Assembly (NCBI GenBank): GCA_001275005.1
Contig: JWZX01003125.1
Location: 1-50,060 of the forward strand
Reading direction: 5' to 3'
DNA: 50,060 bases
Source of the DNA: Chrysochromulina tobinii
Taxonomy: Eukaryota
The notes below the pieces were generated by a model that was given only the letters and a program-made list of their open reading frames with translations, did not search any database and had not been told where the DNA came from. Positions 32,086 through 40,571 of this stretch are shown piece after piece (the stretch's first letter is position 1; each line of letters opens with the position of its first letter). A program made the translations under genes and the position numbers.

Positions 32086-32835
32086 ATGTTTCCCCCTCAA
32101 CAATATACGAGCGCGCGTGCGTCAATGCCTTACAACCCTACCATGACGGGGATGCCAGCGCCTAATCGTCGCACGCCCCCATCAAGTGGGCGAGCGCCCG
32201 CAGTGCTGGCGGATCAGCCTGCCACGCACCAACCCATGACCGTGAAAGTGCCGGCGGGCATGAGGGGGGGCGCCAATATGCGCATTGTCACTCCCTCAGG
32301 TGAAATGCAAGTGACGATCCCAGACGGTCTCAGTCCCGGCCAGACATTCACAATGCTCGTGCCAGCGGCACGCCCGGCGGTTGCACGCGTGGCCCAGGGG
32401 CAGTTGCCCGTCGTTCAGGGCCAGCTGCCTGTGGCACAGGGCCAGGTAATCCAATCCCAGCGTTCCCAGACCCCGTCGATCGCGCAGGCGATGCCTATGG
32501 GCCAACCGCCTATGGCTCAGCAAATGTATGGACAGCAGTATCAGCAGCCGCAGTACCAGCAGCCGCAGTACCAGCAGCCGCAGTATCAGCAAGCGCCCAT
32601 TTACGTGCAGCAGCAGCCGCAGGTCGTATACCAGCAGCAACCGAACGTGGTGGTCGTCGGCGGTGGCTACGGCTACGGGCCCTACGGCGGTGGCTACGGC
32701 TACGACAGCGGTGGGTTGGCCCTCGGCGTGGGCGCGGGGTTGGTGGGCGGCATGATGTTGGGATCCGCTCTTGACGGCGGCTTCGATGGGGGATACGGAT
32801 TTGACGGCGGCTTCGACGGAGGTGGGTGGGATTAA
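32086..32835 (+). CDS. Pro/Gln/Gly/Tyr-rich low-complexity protein with a small beta-rich domain
   Basis: MTVKVPAGMRGG...MQVTIPDGLSPGQTF, (QQPQY)n, LGVGAGLVGGMMLG, GGFDGG tail. The upstream part of ORF 31408 is antisense to the GH5 gene. Confidence 0.7.
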   Translation: MFPPQQYTSARASMPYNPTMTGMPAPNRRTPPSSGRAPAVLADQPATHQPMTVKVPAGMRGGANMRIVTPSGEMQVTIPDGLSPGQTFTMLVPAARPAVARVAQGQLPVVQGQLPVAQGQVIQSQRSQTPSIAQAMPMGQPPMAQQMYGQQYQQPQYQQPQYQQPQYQQAPIYVQQQPQVVYQQQPNVVVVGGGYGYGPYGGGYGYDSGGLALGVGAGLVGGMMLGSALDGGFDGGYGFDGGFDGGGWD

Positions 32836-33155
32836 AGCGGCGCAGCACGCAGTGATCCGTGGACCGTGCTGTCTGTGTGCAGTGCCTGGCCCTGAGCTGT
32901 GCATCAGTTGGGCCTTAGTTGGGCCATCGATCGAATCGCATTGTAGGCGCAAGAGAGAAAATGCAGGTCCAGCTCCATGTGTTTAAGTGTTTTATTCAGC
33001 AGAGAGTCCACTACATCATGCCACACACCGCGCGTCCGGAGACCGCGGTGGGTCGATACAATTGTAACGGTATTCGGAGGGCCTTCACGCGTACAGGGAG
33101 GGCCTTCACAGTCACGCGTGAGAGTTCGCGTGAGGTCGCCACAACTGCCGCCTGC

Positions 33156-36100
33156 ATGCCCCCGCCCTCGGCGACGCTCTTCGGCGCGCCACAAGGGCTG
33201 CATGCCTCACTCCCACGATCCAAAGCGGTCCACCGGAGCATCCCCTCGAGTGGTACAGGTAAACCATCCACTTCAGAACTCGGCGCGGACGTGGAAAGAA
33301 AGCCGGTTCCGCTGGCGAACCAGTGGCCCGGCGGCCGCGGACTGACGAATATGGAGCAGACTCTGAAAAGGGCCGAACAGGATCTGATGCAGAAACAGTC
33401 GGAAACTCCGCGTCCCGTGGTTGGCATGGTCGCGACAGCATATGGCGTGCAGCACTCGCTGCAGCTCGAGCAGAAGCTCGAGGTTCTGCAGCGCCAGGTG
33501 CACGGCGGGGCTCGCGGGATGCCGTCGGCCTGGCGGCGCGCGTCGGAGGTCGAGAGGAAGCTCAACGCGGCGCGTGAGACGGGCGCGGCGGCGCGGGTCC
33601 AGGTGGCCATGCTGCGCGGCGAGAGCAAGCGCAAGGGGCAACGCATCGCTCAGCTCCAGGCGCTAATCGACGATCTCGAAAAGGACAACCGGGCGCTCCG
33701 GGCGCGGCTGAGCGCCGAGGGTCAGGGCAGCATCGAGAAGCCGCTGCCCGGATTTGCGGCTACCGCGGTCGACACTTGCCTGAATGCGGCCGTGCGTGCG
33801 AGCGAGCGGCTGCTGGCGGCAGGGCTCGGTGACATTCGTCGGCCAGGTGTTGGCATGATGCCCAGGCGCCGCGACCTCAACGGTGGCGTCTTTTTCGCTG
33901 GCAACGACGCAGGCGGCGAGGTGGAGGATGAGGAGGGCGCGCGCGGCGCGGCGAGCCACGCGCCGCCCCTCGTCGGCAAACCGCCGGTCGCGGTTTGGTC
34001 TGCAGAGCTCTGGGTACGCTCTCTGCAGCTCGAGGAGCTGGTCGTGCCAGCGCTGCTCCGGCACGTGCATTCGGCCACGTCACTTGTACCGGCCGAGCTG
34101 CCCTTTTTGTGTGGGCTGGGCGCGCACACGAATGCGCATTCGGTCGTGCTCGCCCTGCTGCGCGAGGGCACCCTGCTTGAGAGGCTGGCCGACCGTTTGG
34201 CTGCCGGCGCAGTCAAGATGCACAATGAGCGCTCGCGTCTCTTCAGCCCTTCTCCTTTCCCTGCGTCATCGAGCACCCTCACGAGCGTGGCCATGGCGCT
34301 GCGCTCGGTGCACCCGCTGCGTCTTCATCGGCTCGCGCACACGCTTTCCGATCTCGCGCCGGCCCCGGCCACGCATGACCTGGCCACGCTAGAGGCGCTC
34401 TTCACACCCGCGCCCACAGATGAGCAGGTGGCACTGCATGCAATCCGAGAGGAGCACACAGCCGGTGCCGACGCAAAGCTGCGCTTCACAGCCGACGACC
34501 TGGCTGAGCCGACGTTCGCGCTCGCGGAGTACTGGTTTGTCGCGGATCCGATCAACGGCCTCAAGAGCGCAGGGCTCGTCGAGTGGCCGCCTTTCCACTC
34601 GCGCCGCGCCGCTGTGCCGGTGCCGAGCGAGCCGTATCACCCAACCACCCTATCGGCCGCGACGGCGCGAACGATTCCGCGCAAGGGCAAGACGTGGGCG
34701 CAGCTCAGCCCTGCGGTGCAGGAGGTCAACGCGCGGCTGGCTGAGCTCGGGCACGCGCCGCTCTCGTCCGCAGAGAGGATCGCCGCACGGCTGTTCACAG
34801 GGCCCATGGGTGTGAAGTACGATGCCCTCTTGAAGCATGCGACGCACCCGTCGGCGGACAATATGCGCCGCTGCGACGAGCTCTGCGCAGGCAACGGGTA
34901 CCGCGTGACGTTGGCGCTGCTGCATAGCACGCTCTCTCGCCTCGCCCTCCTTGGTCCGACTGGTACGCCTCTCTACCGCACCCTCACGTGCACCGAAGCG
35001 GCGGCGGTCTGGCGTGCGGCCGCGTCGAATGACACGTGTTCTGCAGGCGCGCTGGGCTGCGTCGTCGAGCGTTCGGCCGCGCTCGCAGTCGCCGACGTGG
35101 CGGCGCTGGCCATCGATGCGCTCGTCCATCGTGCAGGCGAGAAGACGGCAGATGCGCCTTGGCGGCGGGACGGCGAGGTGCCGGCCGACCCGTTGCGATC
35201 ACTCCTTGGGAAGCTTGAGCCTCTCCTCGTCGCATGCGGCGATGGCGGCGAGGCGAATGCTGCTGGTGGCAGGAGCGGCGGTGGCGGCAGTAGTTGCAGC
35301 GGCGGCAGCGGCGGCGGCGGCGGCGCGAGTGCCGCGTCGACGAGCGCCGCGACGAGCGCCGTGACGAGCGCCGTGGGCTCCGCCATTCTGCGCATCGAGA
35401 CGCCATCCAACCAGCCCATCGCCGCCTCGCTCATCTTCCTCTCGCAGCGTCCACTCCCCGAGTGCAACGAGGTTACACTTCTGCCCCTCACGCCACTCCG
35501 ACTCACGGCGGTACGGGCCGAGGCGTCAGTGCTGGTGCTCGTGGCGACAGCTGGCGTCGCGTACCGTCCGACTCGGAGGCCTACCGACGGTCACTCGATG
35601 CCACTGCCGCGTGTCGGCGGGAGCGGCACATCTGCTCTTGCGGCTTTTGGTTCCTGGCCTGGCGGCAGCGACACCGCCAGCGCGCCAACGATGGACCAAG
35701 CCGTCACGAGAGCGCTCGACGCCACGCGAGCCGCCGCCCCGCGGAGTCTGTTGCCGCCCAAGATAGAGCCGCCGCCGCCGCCCGTGGTCGCGCCGGCTGA
35801 GCCGGAGCCGCCGGGTGAGCTGCTCGAGGAGGCGAGCGCCGTCTTGGGCACGGCGTGGTGTGCGACGCGCACCGAGAATGCGGGCTGCTGCGTCTTTTGG
35901 TTCCACCTGCCCAGCCCGTCGGGCACCGTCGTGATGCGCTGGCGACCGGTCGGATCGAGTCGCTGGATGCGCCACGCGGCCTCCATCCAAGTGCTCCCAG
36001 GTGGCTGGTGGCGAACGGGCGAGTGGGACCATGCAGGTGACTCCACCTACGAACAGGGCTGCTGGGTGGGCGATCAGTGCGTCATGATGGGCATTCGAGG

Positions 36101-37208
36101 GCCCCCGGAGTATCAGCTCCTACCGCCTCTGCCGCCAGGGACGGCGCCTCCATCTCCCCATGGCACCGGCCGAGTGGATAGCGGCGGGCGGCCCGCGCCC
36201 AACGAGAGCGCATCGCCCAGCATCCCAGTTCGCTCTGGCTCGGGGGCCGCCTTCAGCGGGGCCCTCCTCGGTCTAGGGAGGGCCGAGTCGACCGGTTCGG
36301 GCGCTCGCGAGGGCGCGTCTGCCGCCATGGCCGGCAGCAGTGGCGGCGCCGGCGCTTGCGGCGGCGTCGAGCCTTCAAACTTTGCTGGCGACGTGCCGGT
36401 CGTTTGGCACGACCCGCCCCCGTCACTGGCCACAGCCTCCTCTCCCTCGCGTACACCTGCACGCGCCGGTGCCGACCAATCCGACGATGCGGGCGCGCGG
36501 GCGATCATCTCCGAGCGATTGGAGGTCAGCCTCGGCCCTCAGGCGTGGGGAGGCCAGCCTCAGCTACTCGCAGGAGAGTCTGGGTACCAAACCGCGGTCG
36601 AGCAGCAGCAGCAGCAGCAGCAGCGCAGGCGCACCGAGGTGGAACTCAGCCAGCGCATGGATCGGAGTGCTAGCATGAGGTTTACTGGCATGATGTGGCA
36701 CGGGCTGCGCTACACGCGCATCTGGTCGCTACAGGCGCCCGGCCGGGGCAGCGCGGGTGGCGGTTTTGATCTGCCCATCGATGCGATCATGCACCTAGCA
36801 GAGACAGCCACCTCCATCCACATCCGCATCGCTGGTGACGAGTCTGAGAGCGTCACTCTCAAACCAGGCGTCGTGTGGCCACTTCAGCAGCTGCGGCGCG
36901 GCCTGCCCTTCGACAAGACGCTCCATGGCGTCGACGTGACCCCAGCAATCGCACGCGTCACCTGGCATGGGCCTCCCGCATGCGTCGAGCGCCTGTGGAA
37001 CAAAGGCGTCGACCGCCATCGCGAGTCGGAGACCCTCAGGCAAGGGCGGCTCTACCTCGGCTGTGGAAACCCAAACGGCCTCCACCTGGTCGCCGGCCAG
37101 CACTGCGACTTCAGCTCGGGCGGCCAGCAGACGGGTGGCAGCGCCGTCGAGGTGTGGCTTGGCGAGCCGCCCGAGCCACTGCTTGACGAGGGACCCACCG
37201 GATATTGA
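33156..37208 (+). CDS. Large coiled-coil protein with a degenerate ADP-ribosyltransferase-like domain
   Basis: Open 1429-codon frame, likely start MPPPS at 33156. ERIAARLFTGPM..KY, GNGY, LYR and FLSQ...EVTLLPLT follow the ART-like pattern seen in algal proteins. Confidence 0.6.
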   Translation: MPPPSATLFGAPQGLHASLPRSKAVHRSIPSSGTGKPSTSELGADVERKPVPLANQWPGGRGLTNMEQTLKRAEQDLMQKQSETPRPVVGMVATAYGVQHSLQLEQKLEVLQRQVHGGARGMPSAWRRASEVERKLNAARETGAAARVQVAMLRGESKRKGQRIAQLQALIDDLEKDNRALRARLSAEGQGSIEKPLPGFAATAVDTCLNAAVRASERLLAAGLGDIRRPGVGMMPRRRDLNGGVFFAGNDAGGEVEDEEGARGAASHAPPLVGKPPVAVWSAELWVRSLQLEELVVPALLRHVHSATSLVPAELPFLCGLGAHTNAHSVVLALLREGTLLERLADRLAAGAVKMHNERSRLFSPSPFPASSSTLTSVAMALRSVHPLRLHRLAHTLSDLAPAPATHDLATLEALFTPAPTDEQVALHAIREEHTAGADAKLRFTADDLAEPTFALAEYWFVADPINGLKSAGLVEWPPFHSRRAAVPVPSEPYHPTTLSAATARTIPRKGKTWAQLSPAVQEVNARLAELGHAPLSSAERIAARLFTGPMGVKYDALLKHATHPSADNMRRCDELCAGNGYRVTLALLHSTLSRLALLGPTGTPLYRTLTCTEAAAVWRAAASNDTCSAGALGCVVERSAALAVADVAALAIDALVHRAGEKTADAPWRRDGEVPADPLRSLLGKLEPLLVACGDGGEANAAGGRSGGGGSSCSGGSGGGGGASAASTSAATSAVTSAVGSAILRIETPSNQPIAASLIFLSQRPLPECNEVTLLPLTPLRLTAVRAEASVLVLVATAGVAYRPTRRPTDGHSMPLPRVGGSGTSALAAFGSWPGGSDTASAPTMDQAVTRALDATRAAAPRSLLPPKIEPPPPPVVAPAEPEPPGELLEEASAVLGTAWCATRTENAGCCVFWFHLPSPSGTVVMRWRPVGSSRWMRHAASIQVLPGGWWRTGEWDHAGDSTYEQGCWVGDQCVMMGIRGPPEYQLLPPLPPGTAPPSPHGTGRVDSGGRPAPNESASPSIPVRSGSGAAFSGALLGLGRAESTGSGAREGASAAMAGSSGGAGACGGVEPSNFAGDVPVVWHDPPPSLATASSPSRTPARAGADQSDDAGARAIISERLEVSLGPQAWGGQPQLLAGESGYQTAVEQQQQQQQRRRTEVELSQRMDRSASMRFTGMMWHGLRYTRIWSLQAPGRGSAGGGFDLPIDAIMHLAETATSIHIRIAGDESESVTLKPGVVWPLQQLRRGLPFDKTLHGVDVTPAIARVTWHGPPACVERLWNKGVDRHRESETLRQGRLYLGCGNPNGLHLVAGQHCDFSSGGQQTGGSAVEVWLGEPPEPLLDEGPTGY

Positions 37209-37647
37209 TAGAATGCTGAGCCTACGCAGCGACACGCACGCGCGTTCCGCGCGCTGAAAATTCCTTGGCGGCCTAGGAGACAGTATTGACACGCAGCCAG
37301 ATTTCTTGCGGGTCACAGCGCTGAACAGCACTCCCGTTATCTTTTAGTTTTACCCGACCGACACCTTTGCGGAACTCGAACCCATGTTCCCGCACGGCAG
37401 CCGGTTCTTTTGACTTTTCCGCGGACGCGGGACGGCAGTTATCGTATCGCATCCACCATGCAAGCCGAAGTATAATCAATAATCTATAATGGCCGCTAAA
37501 CCCGCTCAGACACACACAAGTCACATTGACGGTATAGTGGCCGAGTGGAGTTAGTGCAGTACTGGAAACGTATACTGAGCAAGCGGTTCGAGTCCTACAA
37601 AACCATCGACAAAACCAGCCATGAGCCAACAACCCTTCCCGGCAAAC

Positions 37648-40086
37648 TTACTCGATTGTCATCAGCGCGCCTGTGACAGCTACCATAGTCGCCACAGCGT
37701 TCGCTCCACCTGGACCGATGCCATTGTTCTTGAAGTTGAGCGACGCGAGCTTGGTTTCCTTGTTACTCTGGATGGCCTTGCAGACTGCCCTTACGCCCTC
37801 ATCCTTGAGGTCATTGGACGACAAATCCAGGGCCGTCAGCCCGTCTGTGACGGCTACCATAGCCGCCACAGCGTTCGCTCCACCTGGACCGATGCCATTG
37901 TACTCAAAGTTGAGCAACGCGAGCTTGGTCTCCTTGTTGCTCTGGATGGCCTCGCAGACTGCGTTTATGCCCTCATCCTTGAGGTAGTTGAACGACAAAT
38001 TCAGGGCCGTCAGCTCGCCATTGACACGCAGAGCGTCTGCAACCACTGTGATGCCCTCTGCAGTGTAAGTTCCATAGACAGAGCCGCACAGCTGGTTGGA
38101 GCTGAGGTCGAGGCTCGTCAGCCCGCCTGTGACAACGGTCTGTGACAGGTCCGACGCCAGCAGGATCGCATCGGGCGGCTTCAGGTTCTTGTGGGAGAAG
38201 TCAGCGGTGGTCTGGTCGCGCTGGATGCCGCAGAGCGAGATGCCCTTCTGCTTGGCGACTTTGGCAAGCATCTTGGCGGACTCCGCATCAAGCTGATTGC
38301 CCAGGAGGTTGGTCACCGTCAGCGCGCCATTGACGCCAAGCATCTTGGCCACATGCTTGGCACCTGCTGCCCCTCCGATGTTGTTGAAGCTAGGGTAGCC
38401 TCCACTCAGATCGAGCTCCATGAGCGTCGTGTTCTGTTCTAGTGCCTCGCATATGGCCTTGGTGCCCTCCTCCTCCAACCCGTTTTGGGCGAGCGACAGC
38501 TTCGTCAGCGCGCCGTTGACGCGAATGGCGTTGGCAATCGCTATGATGCCCTCTGTGGTATAGGTGCCATGTTGGTCTCCTCTCCAGTCAGTCCAGATGC
38601 CACACAGCTGGTTTCCGGAGAGGTTGATGCTCGTCAGCCCGCCGTTGACTCCAAGCATCTTGGCCACGTGCTTGACTCCTGCTGTCCCACCAATGTTGCT
38701 GTTTCCTGTCATGTTGCCGCTGATTTCAAGCTCCTTGAGCGTCTTGTTCTGTTCTAGAGCCTCGCAGATGGCCTTTGTGCCCTCCTCCCCCAACTCGTTT
38801 AACGCGAGTGATACTTTGGTCAGCCCGCCGTTGACGCCAAGCATGTCTGCCACATGCATGGCGCCTGCTGCCCCTCCGATATTGGTTTTCATGAAGCCAG
38901 ACAGATCGAGCTCCTTGAGAATTTTGTTCTGTTTGTTCTGTTTGAGTGCCTCGCAGATGGCCTTGGTGCCCTCCTCCCCCAACTCGTTGAAGGCGAGTGA
39001 TATTTTGGTCAGCCCGCCCATGACGGGCACGAGGTACGCGATAAGCATGCCGCCCGGAACGCCGATGTTTTGCCCATGCAGGACGAGCTCAGAGACGGAG
39101 TCGTCGCGCATCATCTGCACCGGAATGCCGTGCACCTCGCCAGAGCCGGCGCAGGCGACAGCTGCAAGCAGGAGCTTGAGCGGCAGCTCACCATTGCCCT
39201 CGATGCAGCTGAGGAGAGCAGCTTTGGCACGGCCTCCAAGGAACGGCGTCTCGTCCTCGTCCTCGTCCTCGTCCAGATCCACCTCGCGGACCGCGGCCAC
39301 ACTCACCGTGAAGCCCTCCCAACGCAGTCGGGCCAGGCTGGGCAGCATTCTCCCCGCCGCCGCCGCCTCCCATGGCCGACCCGCGTCGACGAGGACCTTG
39401 ATGTTGAGATCGGTGATCTCAGCCATCTGAGTCGGCACGGACTGACCCTCGCAGCGGCTGAGGCGGGAGCAGAGCACGCGCCGCGCGAGCGCCAACCACG
39501 ATTGGCTCACGCCCTTGAGCTCGGCCAGCGTGCCCACGTCGACCATGCCCAGCGCCACCTCCTTGGCATCGTCTGTGACTGCAATCCCCGACAGAGAGGG
39601 CTGCGGCTGCAGCGCGGGTGGGTCCGCAGCAGAGCCCGCCGTGGCTACTGATAGCTGCCCCCCCGGCGAGAACGCCGGCTCGGCGAGTGCCGCCACACGA
39701 TTCTCCGCACTGCCAAAGTCATCCGTCGCGCCGAGCAGCTCTCTCAGCTCATCGGCACGTTTGCCGTTGAGGCGTGTGGCGAGGGCGCACTGCGCGTGAT
39801 TGAGCGCCCCGGGGGCGTCGAGGAAGCTGGCGCCCTCGACGAGCCTGAAGAGCTCCGAGATCGAGCACTGCTCGAGTCTCGCCGGCATGGAGTCGGCCTC
39901 GCACATCTCCCGGAGCACTACCAGCTCTTCCGCCGCAATCGTCGGCACCGGGTAGACGCCATCTTCGGGTGGAGCGTCGTCCATCATGTCTTTGAGCGTG
40001 CCAGCTCGCTGGGCCACCCGGCGCGTCCACTCGACAGCCTCGCCCTCGCGCGCCCGCAAGCGCACGCGCTCCTGGTCGTCGGACAT
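37648..40086 (-). CDS. Skp1-like, F-box-like and ribonuclease-inhibitor-type LRR (NLRC3-like) protein; possibly spliced further at GTAAG 37651
   Basis: VRLRAREGE...AGTLKDMMDD...PVPTI, LFRLVEGASFLD, LNGKRADELRELLGATDDF (Skp1); LAELKGVSQSWLALA (F-box-like); many LT.L.L..N.L.EEG..AICEAL repeats. Confidence 0.8.
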   Translation of the reverse strand: MSDDQERVRLRAREGEAVEWTRRVAQRAGTLKDMMDDAPPEDGVYPVPTIAAEELVVLREMCEADSMPARLEQCSISELFRLVEGASFLDAPGALNHAQCALATRLNGKRADELRELLGATDDFGSAENRVAALAEPAFSPGGQLSVATAGSAADPPALQPQPSLSGIAVTDDAKEVALGMVDVGTLAELKGVSQSWLALARRVLCSRLSRCEGQSVPTQMAEITDLNIKVLVDAGRPWEAAAAGRMLPSLARLRWEGFTVSVAAVREVDLDEDEDEDETPFLGGRAKAALLSCIEGNGELPLKLLLAAVACAGSGEVHGIPVQMMRDDSVSELVLHGQNIGVPGGMLIAYLVPVMGGLTKISLAFNELGEEGTKAICEALKQNKQNKILKELDLSGFMKTNIGGAAGAMHVADMLGVNGGLTKVSLALNELGEEGTKAICEALEQNKTLKELEISGNMTGNSNIGGTAGVKHVAKMLGVNGGLTSINLSGNQLCGIWTDWRGDQHGTYTTEGIIAIANAIRVNGALTKLSLAQNGLEEEGTKAICEALEQNTTLMELDLSGGYPSFNNIGGAAGAKHVAKMLGVNGALTVTNLLGNQLDAESAKMLAKVAKQKGISLCGIQRDQTTADFSHKNLKPPDAILLASDLSQTVVTGGLTSLDLSSNQLCGSVYGTYTAEGITVVADALRVNGELTALNLSFNYLKDEGINAVCEAIQSNKETKLALLNFEYNGIGPGGANAVAAMVAVTDGLTALDLSSNDLKDEGVRAVCKAIQSNKETKLASLNFKNNGIGPGGANAVATMVAVTGALMTIE

Positions 40087-40571
40087 TTTGCGACACCTGG
40101 ACCGTGAAAGTCGCCCAGGCAGACCTTTTCAACTGTGAGTTGATGCCTTATCGGTCGCTCGCTCCGGCTCACAGCCGTTTCACACAGAGCTGACTTTTTG
40201 ACCACAAAGTATTCTTCTCCACCCGAGTTTGGCGCGCTCGGTCAAAACAGCTATCGTATAACGTAAGGGGGTGGGCGGGAAGGACTTTTAACCGTAATAC
40301 ATTACGTAGTAGCTCTAATGGTCTCTCTAATGTTAGGAACCTAATGCATCTGCAAATGCATGTTAGTGTCCAGCACCTTCCGCATCTTTTCCGCATCCTC
40401 TCGTCTTCCAAGGCTTTCGTCTTCCATGGCATCGAGGAAGATGCCGGCGAGACCGGAGAGCGGAGAGTACCGCTTCTCCCGGATCGTTCATGGCGGCGAC
40501 CGGCGGCGGCGAGCAGACCCGTCCCACTCCCACTCATCATGCTGCGCGGGAGGGCTGACTTCTCCTTGAAC

